A DNA stretch of 63,653 nt, filler included, from Octopus bimaculoides (Eukaryota), in the NCBI RefSeq assembly GCF_001194135.2. It is 5 parts of 4 records of this genome, joined end to end, with 100 filler letters (N's around TTAATTAATTAA, not from the genome) between each part and the next. Parts side by side here need not be neighbours in the genome. Positions count along the whole stretch, not along the records: positions 24,088 to 48,293 come from NC_068998.1; 4 more parts are not named here. One strand, written 5' to 3'. Below the pieces are notes generated by a model that was given only the letters and a program-made list of their open reading frames with translations, searched no databases and was not told where the DNA came from. Shown piece after piece: positions 37,053-47,384 of the stretch (position 1 is its first letter; each line of letters opens with the position of its first letter). The position numbers were made by a program, and so were the translations under genes.

Positions 37053-37102
<50 letters not shown>

Positions 37103-37605
37103 TTAATATCCATTTTCCATGCTGGAATGGGTTGGGCAGTTTGACCAGAGCTGGAAATCTAGGGAACTGTATCAGGCTCCAGTTTGATTTTGGCTTGATT
37201 TCTATGACTGGATGCCCTTAGACTTCAAAGAATCATGTAATGTGAGTGCAGAGCATTGGATTATGCCTATCCGTATGATTATGCAATCAAACGTTTTAAC
37301 ATATGTCAAGATTATTCTACGTTAGCTTTAATGTTTGTAGACATGTGGCAGTCCAACATTTCATCACCTGTTGCATGATTATATATATCTTATTTCATTG
37401 ACCATTTGCCACCTGGTCATGACAGATGAGGAAACATCTCATGGAGATGGGGACTGACTGAAGATGGAGACTGACTGCTGAGAGGGGTTACCTGGGATGA
37501 CCCAAGCAAATGCTGACAAACGGTGGATGCAGTGCTGTGCTGTAATGGCACATACCTATTTGGTCTCTAAGTTTGGGTATTTTTTGTTCTTTTTCTTTTC
37601 GACAG

Positions 37606-37736
37606 TCACCTGACAGTGGAAAGACGAGTAAGAAAAGGAAAAAGATGACGAAAATTAAAGATTACAATGCTCCTAAATGTATTCCATTTGGTCAAAATCA
37701 AATGGTTTATGGAGAAACACCAGTGGCAGTTGTGAG
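37606..37736 (+). CDS. ERCC6L2: ERCC6L2 exon
   Basis: ttcgacag|TCA...GTG AG|gtaggc; encodes SPDSGKTSKKRKK...QMVYGETPVAVVR (human FIIGETPKGIRR). Confidence 0.88.
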
Positions 37737-37749
37737 GTAGGCTGATTTG

Positions 37750-38170
37750 ATTATTATTACTGTGTGTGTGTGTGTGTGTGCGTGTGTGCACCTACTCATC
37801 TGCATTCTAACAAACACATGCACACATGCATATGCATGCAAACACACACACACACACACATAGACTGAGATGCTTTGATTGTTATTACCCTGTGTGTGTA
37901 TGTGTGTGTGTGTGTGTGTGTATGCACCTACCCAGCTGCACTCTAACAAACACATGTACACATGCACATAGAGAGATGCTTTGATTGTTATTACTGTGTG
38001 TGTGTGTGTGTGTGCACCTACCCAGCTGCACTCTAACAAAAACATGCACACATGCACATGCATGCAAACACACATAGAGAGAGGGATGCTTTGATTGTTA
38101 TTACCTTATGTGTGTGTGTGTGTGTGTGTGTACCTACCCAGCTGCACTCTAACAAACGCATGCAAACAGA
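37750..38170. repeat. ~105-bp minisatellite, four units, each containing (GT)n and (CA)n
   Basis: Recurring gcacctacccagctgcactctaacaaa...gatgctttgattgttattac. Confidence 0.85.
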
Positions 38171-38935
38171 GAGAGAGACACACACTCACACATACACAGC
38201 GGGGTTGTAATATTTCATTCCCTACCAAGCTTACATTTACCTTCCTCTCCCCTTGTGTCCTTGATTCTCCTCCCCCTCCACTACATGTGTTGACCACACC
38301 AGCTTCCTCACTCCCTCCCTCTGCCTTTTGCCCTTTACTAAGCTTATATATAAATGAGGCTGTATTGGTCCTCAATCATTGCCCTACCCTATACACGCTA
38401 ACTTTACTCTGCTGTCCTGCCAGTCATCACTCTCACTCCTCTGTAGACCACCTCTGTTACCACTCTTCACTTACTTTTGCTTTCATCTCATCACCCACCC
38501 TTATCTTTGTCCACCTTTGCTATTGCTAATCACTCCCTTCTTGATTTCACCCCAAATAGCCCTGCCATTTGCCATGATACTGTCACACGGAGTTGTGGGG
38601 AGCATGGAGTTATCCCTGAATTACCATTAGTCCCTGGTCTGTTCTGACCCAGAACAGTAGTTGTTGTCAGGGTTCCACCAACGGATTAAATGGATTTCCC
38701 AGAGGTAGAGGAGGTTGACAAAGCTGGTTGGAAGGCAGCTCTTATAGGAGGAAGACACTCTGATATAAAACTTGTAGTCAAAATAGTGTTGTATTGAAAT
38801 GGTATACCCCTTCCCACGTGGGAATCTGTTAGATTTAAGAACTATAATTAGTTTGTAGTTGCTTTTGTAAACAAACTATCACGTGCTTTTACTTTTTTGT
38901 GTAAGTTAATTATTACATTCTGTTTATTTCATTAG

Positions 38936-39123
38936 GGACCACTTGGAAAAAATGGTTGATACTTTACAGTTTTCATCACTTGAGGAACTTTGTCAATCAA
39001 TAATTAAAATGTCTGCTGCAAATCGAGCTGAACTATTACAGCAATTCTATACCAAAATGTATGGCTCACAAATATTTTCCGTATTCCAAAAACTTCCACG
39101 ATTTTCACAGAGTTTATCAACAG
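38936..39123 (+). CDS. ERCC6L2: ERCC6L2 exon
   Basis: ttcattag|G GAC...ACA G|gtaagt; encodes DHLEKMVDTLQFSSLEELCQSIIKMSAANRAELLQQFY (human [38 protein letters not shown]). Confidence 0.9.
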
Positions 39124-39389
39124 GTAAGTTAACCATGTGCCCCCTCTATATACACACAAACGAATTTATATATATATAATATATATATAATACGTATGTA
39201 TATATGTGTGTGTGTGTATCTTTGTGCTTGTGTTTGCCCTGACTGCCACTTGACAACCAGTGTTGGTTTGTTTGTGTCTTCATAACTTAGCAGTTATATT
39301 AATTCTTTTACAATGTTAATTCTTTTAACAACAGTCCATCACAAAGTTAAAAACGTTTTCTAGTCTGTTAACAAAATTCTGATTTGTAG

Positions 39390-39850
39390 GTTCCAATCAA
39401 GAAGAAAATGGTCGAAATCAACAGAAGAATGATTCTCAGTTAACGACACAAGACAACAATCAGGTGAATGCTGTAAAAAAATCATTGAATTCTAAAACGT
39501 GTAGAAAGAAATTTACTAAGCTCCATCACACTCATAAAATGAAACCAGACTTTGGAAATCCTTTTGCTTCTCCTGCAGCTTCAACTTCGAAAACAAGCGA
39601 CAGTGTATGCGGAAATCAGAAATACTTGCATCATCGGCGTCTTGTTTCAGACGTAAAATATTCTTCCAATACAAGTAATTCTAATAGCAGTTTGGACTCA
39701 GAGAATCCAGAAACAAACTTACCAACTGTACCAGTTGATTATGAAGCTGTGATATTTACCGAAGCAGACAATATTTTCTTTTCAGAGTCTAACCCAACCA
39801 ACACACATCGCAAACCTCCTCCTAAATCAAAGTTAAAATTCAAAAGATAG
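39390..39850 (+). CDS. ERCC6L2: ERCC6L2 terminal coding exon
   Basis: tttgtag|GT TCC..., in frame with ORF 39464-39850; stop TAG at 39848-39850; low-complexity S/N/K-rich tail with no recognisable homology. Confidence 0.75.
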
Positions 39851-39895
39851 ACAAACTTCCATATTTCTGAGGTTTTGTACAATGAAACATCTTTT

Positions 39896-39911
39896 AATAA
39901 ATCTTAATAAA
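39896..39911 (+). terminator. Candidate polyadenylation signals for ERCC6L2
   Basis: Two AATAAA hexamers 45-60 nt after the stop; the region is AT-rich, so chance occurrence is possible. Confidence 0.4.
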
Positions 39912-40231
39912 ATAATTTGTTTTATAAAAAAAAAGGATGTTTATTATTTCAAAGTAATATGTTATTATATGCTTTTTTAAAATACAAATATATTCTTTTG
40001 CTAAAAGCATTTTTTGTTTCATTTCATGTACATCTGAAATGTTCATGTGTAGAAGTAGAAATTTCAAGATCTTTAACCTGCAGAATATGACAATATCTCT
40101 CAAAGCATTGGTACTTTGACTCCCAGGCACTCACGAGAAATATTAATTGAGCAGGAGAAACTGTAGTTACTTATCTCACACCAAAATTACTAAATAATAT
40201 AGATGTATATAACCATCTATGTATCATGTGT

Positions 40232-40869
40232 ATACATCAGTGACAGGCCAGTTACTGCAATATTCACCCTGAGCTTAACATCTCTTTATTGTGTTAAAAA
40301 CACAATAAATATTGCTGGGAGATGAAGAACTGTCCTCACAGTGGCCAGATGTATTTCTGCCAATTTGAACCTTTTCAATAATGTGTACTTACGGCTAGTT
40401 GCATACTTGGATGTGAAGTCATCACCTCCATTATAGGAAACAGTGAATAAGACATTCTTTGATGTTATGAATTGCTGCCCAGCTGAACAAACATCTGTAA
40501 AAGCAATTGAAGCTGTATCAATTAAAATAGCCCTCTGTTAATCATACTTAATGCATATGAACTATTAACAGGCAGCTTATTGCCATGTTCACTGTAAGAT
40601 AACATTTCTGTTGGGCATGTTATGTTAAAAACATAATAAATATTGAAGGGAGATGAAAAAAATCATCCCAGCAGTGGCCACTGAGAAGGCCAGAAGCATT
40701 TTGGCCTTTTTCAATGAGGTGTGCTTGCACCTTCATGAGAGTTTATCATCTCCAATATAGGAAATAATAGATAAGACATTCACTGACATTGCAAATAGCT
40801 GCCTGACAGAATAAAAATCCTGTATGTGCAATTGTGGTAATATTTAATTGAAATGATCAGTTATGTAAC

Positions 40870-40875
<6 letters not shown>
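40232..40875. repeat. Old diverged tandem duplication, ~335-bp unit x2
   Basis: Shared anchors in the same order: gttaaaaaca..aataaatattg..gggagatgaa, cagtggcca, ctcca.tataggaaa, ataagacattc, gcaattg. Confidence 0.7.
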
Positions 40876-40909
<34 letters not shown>

Positions 40910-41457
40910 CTATTGATATATGGAGTAGTTTTCTTTGTCCAATAAAAACTTTATCTTGGAATGATATTTTGGAAAAGTAGGATAGGAAACAAGGTGTGTA
41001 GGTAGGTAGGTAGTTATGGTAATTTCATTTGAAAGTAGATATCAGGAATGATCTATGTGGAACAGGGAAGATTACTTGAAGGCCTTATCAAGATTAAAGC
41101 TGGGTTCCTTTTTTTTTTCCTTTCACCTTACTATTATGACAAACCTTATTAAAAATATCTGATGTAGAATCTTCAAGTAAAACGCAACTAGGTTTATTAT
41201 TTTTTTTTTTTTTCAAAGTTGGTGGTCAGTAACATTGTTTGTTACAAGTTTCTAATAAGCCAGTCACTGGGTCATGGCATTTCTTGTGGTGAAAGTGCTT
41301 GTGCAGTTCTGGTGGAAGTACCACTACGAATATTTTTTATTAAAAGATAACAATTTAAAAATTTTTGTGTGGACGTAAAAAAATCAGTAAAAATGACACA
41401 CACACACAAACATATAGTATATATATGAGGCTGTGTGACCTTTAAATTATAAATAAA

Positions 41458-42218
41458 TAAAAAAACACATTAAGTACAGGACATCACCACCAAGTGAAAA
41501 ATGCATAAATACACGCAAGATAAGTACAGGACAAATATCCCAAAAATACCTAGCCTTGTCCACAGTAAGTTCTTACATATATATATAATTTCTGCGACTC
41601 CACATACTGTTTTTTTCTCTCTCTATAATCCACTATATTTCCTTTTTCTCTCCCTCCTTCCTTGCTGTCCCCTACCTGTCTTTCTTTCACTCCCTACTAT
41701 CTTTCGTTCCTTCTCCTTTCTCTTCGTTCCCTCATCCTCTCTTTTGTCCCCCCTTCTCCTCTGCCTGTTGCTCACACGTCACTACAGGTCATTTCTCTCG
41801 CCTCTGATTTTTCTGAAAGAGACGTCCATCTAGCTGGACGTCCTTTCGACATTTTTTCTCTTCTATTATTTTCTTCTCTTCTATTTATTCTATATCCTTT
41901 CAAAATTTCCCCCACGTCTTACCCATTACAATTCGTCTTGGCCTAGCAGCCCTTAATGTTTGTCTTCATCGATTGTTCACTCCGTACGCCCACTCTGCTG
42001 TTGTTTGTTCGAAGTCTTAACTCTCCACAAATTTTATAATTTTAAAATTTCTGGATGTTGCTGTCTTATGAAGTTTTCCTATCTTGTCGCCGAAAGCACA
42101 AAACAAGGAGTGATAAAACAGTCAACAACTGACGAGGTATTTTGTCCCGTACTTATCTCTCGTGTTTACATATTTTTCACTCGTTGTTAATGTCCTGTAC
42201 TTAATGTGTATTTTTTAA
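41458..42218. mobile_element. Unclassified element bounded by ~85-bp imperfect inverted repeats
   Basis: 41458-41545 (cacattaagtacaggacat...gataagtacaggaca) is the reverse complement of ~42135-42218. Confidence 0.55.
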
Positions 42219-42220
42219 AA

Positions 42221-42470
42221 TTTATTTATAATTGAACACCAGACAGCCTTGTCCACAGTAAGTTCTTACATTTATATATATATATATATATATACATTGT
42301 GTGTGTGTATTTACGTTTATATATATACATACACGCACATATGTATGTAGAGATATATAAATTAATGTGTATGTGTGCAGTTCGTATCTATTATATTTCT
42401 TTTATATCTTCCTCAAAAATATTTATTTATAATTGAACACCACACAGCCTTGTCCACAGTAAGTTCTTAC

Positions 42471-42510
<40 letters not shown>

Positions 42511-42632
42511 TGTGTGTATTTACGTTTATATATACATACACGCACATATGTATGTAGAGATATATAAATAAAATGTGTATGTGTGCAGCTCGTATCTATT
42601 ATGATATTTCTTTTATATCTTCCTCAAAAATA
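42221..42632. repeat. Near-identical tandem duplication, ~200-bp unit x2
   Basis: tttatttataattgaacacc...gccttgtccacagtaagttcttaca...cttcctcaaaaata repeated. Confidence 0.9.
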
Positions 42633-43199
42633 TTGCCGAGGTGAGGCTGTTCTAATTTTCTCCCCTTCTCACCCCAATACTTTCTCTTTCTTCTTATTCA
42701 GACGTTGTGATGACAGCGATTTGTTTTGTTTTAATGTCTGTTTTTGCTGTCTCTCAATCAATAAACCCAAGTCACTCTCCTAGCAAATAACTTGTAACTG
42801 ACAAGAATTTATAGGGAGCAATTATAAGTCTTGTTAAACATTTAGAATACTAAAATAAAGCCACTGCGGTACGATATATTATTTATATAGGTTAAGCGGT
42901 CAAATGGCTAAAACAAGTAAAAAAAATATAGTCAACAATTGATATTCCGGCATGACAATGCCATAGTCATAAAATTACAAATAAATCATAAATAAGAGAA
43001 CGGAAGAAACAATTTATAATGGGTTATTAGATGTAATTCCATCGGCTAAATTCGGTGTCATTGTGTGAAACAAAAATACCTTAACAGGCTTTAATTCATT
43101 AAAAAATTCCCCCAAAGACGAACGACGTCTTTTATGTGCGAAGCAGGACTGAACCCAAGACCATGTGGTTGAAAAATGACACCTTATTTTACTCTCTCG

Positions 43200-43655
43200 T
43201 ACGCGTGCACACACACACGTATGATGGGCTTTCACCGAGTGTCCATCTGTCACAGTCACTCACAAAGCGTTGGTCAGCCTGGAGCAATAATAGAAGACAT
43301 TTGCCCAAGGTGCTGGGGAGTGGAACTGAAGTAAAAACCACGTGGTTATAAAGCAAGCCTCTTAACCACACAGCCATGCATGCGCCTAGATGTATAAAAG
43401 AAAAAGACTAGATGGCCATGGTTAGAGTGCTTAATATCATAGATCTGCTAAGGCAGCGAGCTGGCAGAAACGTTAAGACGCCGGGCGAAACGCTTAGCTG
43501 TATTTCGTCTGTCTTTACGTTCTGAGTTCAAATTCCGCCGAGGTTGCCTTGCCTTTCATCCTTTCGGGGTCGAAAAATTAAGTACCAGTTGCATACTGAG
43601 GTCTATCTAATCGACTGGCCCACTCCCCAAAGATTTCGGGCCTTGTCCCTAGAGT
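43200..43655. mobile_element. SINE A 5' part (~43200-43385, -) and a CpG-intact SINE B (43450-43655, +)
   Basis: aggcagcgagctggcagaaacgttaagacgccgggcgaaacgcttagc...tttcgggccttgtccctagagtagaaa. Confidence 0.8.
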
Positions 43656-43870
43656 AGAAAAAGAATATCATAGATCTTGCTAAACCGGAACTAATATTGG
43701 GGTTAAATGACATAAAGAATTAGATCAACATTATTATGCAAAACAAAAGCCAAAATGGATATCTTATAAAGCTTTATTCGTGGAGGGTAAACAAGAACAT
43801 TGAGATTAATCAACTATTTTAGTTGTTATCTCCTATCAAGCGATTTCAGTTCTAATAAATAAGTTTAGAG

Positions 43871-43876
43871 TTTATT
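43871..43876 (-). terminator. Candidate polyadenylation signal for the opine dehydrogenase
   Basis: tttatt on + (AATAAA on -), ~135 nt past the stop; a second one at 43773-43778. Confidence 0.35.
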
Positions 43877-44011
43877 ATTTCAGTACAAATTTTTAGAATT
43901 TCAGTTAATCGTTTCTGTTTTTTTTTTAATATAAATAACGAGAATACACATGCCAAGTAATGCAGAAAAATAATTACTGCAGTGATTACTATCGGAGAAT
44001 CAATAAGGAAT

Positions 44012-45229
44012 CTATCGCAGATTAACTAACTCGAACAAAGTGGAGAAGTGATAACGTTGAGGGGCGCGAGTCATGCCCATGTCTTTGCCTGTTAACTGGC
44101 CGTTCACCAGAAACTCTTTACCGAGAATCTTCTGACCCCAGAGGATAGTTTCATCCATAGCAGGGGTGGGTACTCCTGCTATTTGGGCAATGCCGCGGAA
44201 TACTACCATGCCAAAAGGAAGATCTTCTGTCATGTAACGGTAGTTGAAGTCGGGAACAAATTTACCTCCTTCAACCTCCTTCATGGGGTGCACCAGTCCA
44301 TTGTAAGCCTTGCATGTACGCATGGCTGTTTGCAGGGTGCTGAAGTCAGAGATACTCTCCTTGTAGTTAAGTTTGTACCAGTCAAAGAGATGAATGACGT
44401 CACTCATATCCATGTCTGGGTACTTCTTCTGGATAGCTTGTGCAGTGTTGAACAGCTCGGTGCTCACTTTGTCAAGCATACCAGCAGCAAAATCATTCAG
44501 GCCTTGATAGAATAACGGTTTCTCACTAAGGGGTTTACCATCCCAGTCCTTCCAGGTGCCGTACATCATTGGAGGATGAACAACAGAATCAGCTAACAGA
44601 TTGATAGATAAATAGTTAGCAGCAAGAGTGAGCTTAGGCTCTTTACCAATAATATACTGTATGGTGGGTAGAACAGGGAAATAAGGTCGGCACCCACGCA
44701 TGATAATTGCACATGCAAGTGTGTCTTTTGGGCCAAGAACTTGAACTTCCCGAGCAAATTTCTGGATACGGCAAGCCCATGGCAAAGATTCAAAAGAAAC
44801 GATGGCGCAAGTTTTTCCTCCGATGCCCAACAAGTCGCAACATTGGAACTGGAAACCAGGCTGACTTGGAAGACCGACTACAACAGTATTTGGCTCAATA
44901 TACGGCGCGATAGCTTTGAAGTAGCCCTCGTGAGCAAATGCTGGAACTGTGAAAATGATAATATTACATCCCGGTACAGCTTTTGAAGGATCATTGGTGA
45001 TCATGTTTGGTCGGGACTTGATGAACTTGGTGGTTCCATCCTTTTCTTTAAACTCTACGGTGAACTCGTCATTGCCCAGTGTGTTTCTGAATCGCTCAGC
45101 TTCATCTGCAAACAGAGACATCACGTTCACTTGGACGTTTCTGCGAGATGAAGCAAGCCCAGTTAACACATGAGCGCCATTGCCACCACCACAAATCAAC
45201 AACTTCACCAGAACATCAGGTTGCGCCAT
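44012..45229 (-). CDS. Odh: Octopine dehydrogenase-family NAD-dependent opine dehydrogenase, 405 aa, single coding exon
   Basis: Rossmann ICGGGNGAH, TVPAFAHEGYF, LPSQ, FESLPWACRI, VHP, PLFYQG, RYMTEDLPFG and TRAPQRY align colinearly with recalled molluscan OcDH. The ORF is intact. A 3' splice site ttttgtag lies 13 nt before the ATG (exon starts 45242). Confidence 0.95.
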   Translation of the reverse strand: MAQPDVLVKLLICGGGNGAHVLTGLASSRRNVQVNVMSLFADEAERFRNTLGNDEFTVEFKEKDGTTKFIKSRPNMITNDPSKAVPGCNIIIFTVPAFAHEGYFKAIAPYIEPNTVVVGLPSQPGFQFQCCDLLGIGGKTCAIVSFESLPWACRIQKFAREVQVLGPKDTLACAIIMRGCRPYFPVLPTIQYIIGKEPKLTLAANYLSINLLADSVVHPPMMYGTWKDWDGKPLSEKPLFYQGLNDFAAGMLDKVSTELFNTAQAIQKKYPDMDMSDVIHLFDWYKLNYKESISDFSTLQTAMRTCKAYNGLVHPMKEVEGGKFVPDFNYRYMTEDLPFGMVVFRGIAQIAGVPTPAMDETILWGQKILGKEFLVNGQLTGKDMGMTRAPQRYHFSTLFELVNLR

Positions 45230-45559
45230 TATTGGTTAAGGCCTACAAAATAAAGTAAAGAAACACAACAATAAATATTGGAAATAATCAATAAGCATAT
45301 TTCAAACAAAATAGTCGACTGTTAGAAAGATACAACACTGAATAAACACAACAGTTAAATCGGCCAATATTTTATTAAACAGAAGTAGCTGTAGCAACTG
45401 AGAAATTCACGTATTTACCTCTTCCTGTAGATATGTGTTCGATCCCAGTCACTGATAACACATTACATAACTATACAAGTTTCCGTAAAAATCATTAAAC
45501 TCTTCAGTTCACCCAAATAAATACTAGATACCCGTTTTTCTTTGTAACAATGATTTCAA

Positions 45560-46015
45560 ATTTTGATGCAAGGCTGACAAGTTCGGGAGAGTGAGTAAGT
45601 AGATTACCTCGATCCCAGTATTTAACTGGTACTTGTTTTATCGACCCCGAAAAGATGAAAGGTAAAGTCTACATCAACGGAATTTGAACTCAGAACGTAA
45701 AGACCGACGAAATACCGCTAAGCATTTTGCCCAGCATGCTGTCCATTGTGCCAAGTCACCACCCATTACTCATTGATAATATTAAATACATTATGAAAGC
45801 GATGAGCTGGCAGAATCGTTAGCACACCGGGCAAAACGCTTTGTGGCATTTCGTCCGATTTTACGTTCTGAGTTCAAATACCGCCGAGGTCGACCTTGCC
45901 TTTTATCCTTACAAGGTTGACAAAATAAGAACCAATTAAACACTGGGGTCAATGTCATCGGCTTACAATCTCCCCAGAAATTTCTGGCTTTGTGCTAAAA
46001 TTTCAAATCAATATT
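45560..46015. mobile_element. Head-to-head inverted pair of SINE B copies (~45560-45770 -, ~45797-46015 +)
   Basis: gaatttgaactcagaacgtaaa on the left is complementary to tttacgttctgagttcaaat on the right. Confidence 0.8.
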
Positions 46016-47384
46016 AAATACATTATTCAGAACTGTCTTTGAAGCATTATAGGTCTCTGGTCAAATCAATGCCCTGAGCTCTATAGAATTTATTGGCAGC
46101 AAGCCACAGCATACATAGAACAGAATCAAGCCCCTAGACAACGTGAGGCCCACGGGCAACTGTCCAATGTATCCATGCCTTAAGAACGCACAGACATTGC
46201 CTAGATCAGAGATTGGCAACAACTGAATTTCGGATTTTTAAAGAATTTTCAGATTTAATATATTAATGGTCCATTGAGCAGTCGATGCCCATTAAATAGT
46301 CTTTTGTGTTACGATTTGCTTAATTTTTTGCTTACATAAACGTTGCTATTGATGGAAATGGGCAATATAAACTGGTATCTTGTTATATGTAGGGTGTAAT
46401 ATAACATACATGGATTATGGATAAATGTACTTTAGTTTCGCACCTATAAAACGCTTAGCCGTATAGGTGACCCTTTAGACTCAAATGGCCGACGGCGCAT
46501 AACCTATCTGGCCATTTGAGTCTGACGACTATATATATATNNNNNNNNNNNNNNNNNNNNNNNNNNNNNNNNNNNNNNNNNNNNNNNNNNNNNNNNNNNN
46601 NNNNNNNNNNNNNNNNNNNNNNNNNNNNNNNNNNNNNNNNNNNNNNNNNNNNNNNNNNNNNNNNNNNNNNNNNNNNNNNNNNNNNNNNNNNNNNNNNNNN
46701 NNNNNNNNNNNNNNNNNNNNNNNNNNNNNNNNNNNNNNNNNNNNNNNNNNNNNNNNNNNNNNNNNNNNNNNNNNNNNNNNNNNNNNNNNNNNNNNNNNNN
46801 NNNNNNNNNNNNNNNNNNNNNNNNNNNNNNNNNNNNNNNNNNNNNNNNNNNNNNNNNNNNNNNNNNNNNNNNNNNNNNNNNNNNNNNNNNNNNNNNNNNN
46901 NNNNNNNNNNNNNNNNNNNNNNNNNNNNNNNNNNNNNNNNNNNNNNNNNNNNNNNNNNNNNNNNNNNNNNNNNNNNNNNNNNNNNNNNNNNNNNNNNNNN
47001 NNNNNNNNNNNNNNNNNNNNNNNNNNNNNNNNNNNNNNNNNNNNNNNNNNNNNNNNNNNNNNNNNNNNNNNNNNNNNNNNNNNNNNNNNNNNNNNNNNNN
47101 NNNNNNNNNNNNNNNNNNNNNNNNNNNNNNNNNNNNNNNNNNNNNNNNNNNNNNNNNNNNNNNNNNNNNNNNNNNNNNNNNNNNNNNNNNNNNNNNNNNN
47201 NNNNNNNNNNNNNNNNNNNNNNNNNNNNNNNNNNNNNNATAATCCATGTATTTATTTATTTAGCCATAACCTATGTGGTACTGTTTGGTTGTTAGCACTG
47301 CGTTCGACGTAATCGACTTACTCCTCCCTCGAACTTGCCGGCCTTGTGCCAAAATTTAAAACCACTGTTATACCATTATGCATC

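Noticed and set aside
37750-38170. Repeat-spacer-like array resembling CRISPR
   Set aside because: Eukaryotic intron; the spacers are (GT)/(CA) microsatellite length variants, and there are no cas genes.
44183-44986. Plus-strand ORFs overlapping the opine dehydrogenase
   Set aside because: These are short antisense shadow frames of a coding sequence, with no independent support.
46504-47295. Long ORFs crossing N gaps (also near 30613, 49437, 52119 and 61115)
   Set aside because: They are open only because N codons are not stops; only the PLE portions of the 49437-50255 ORF are meaningful.
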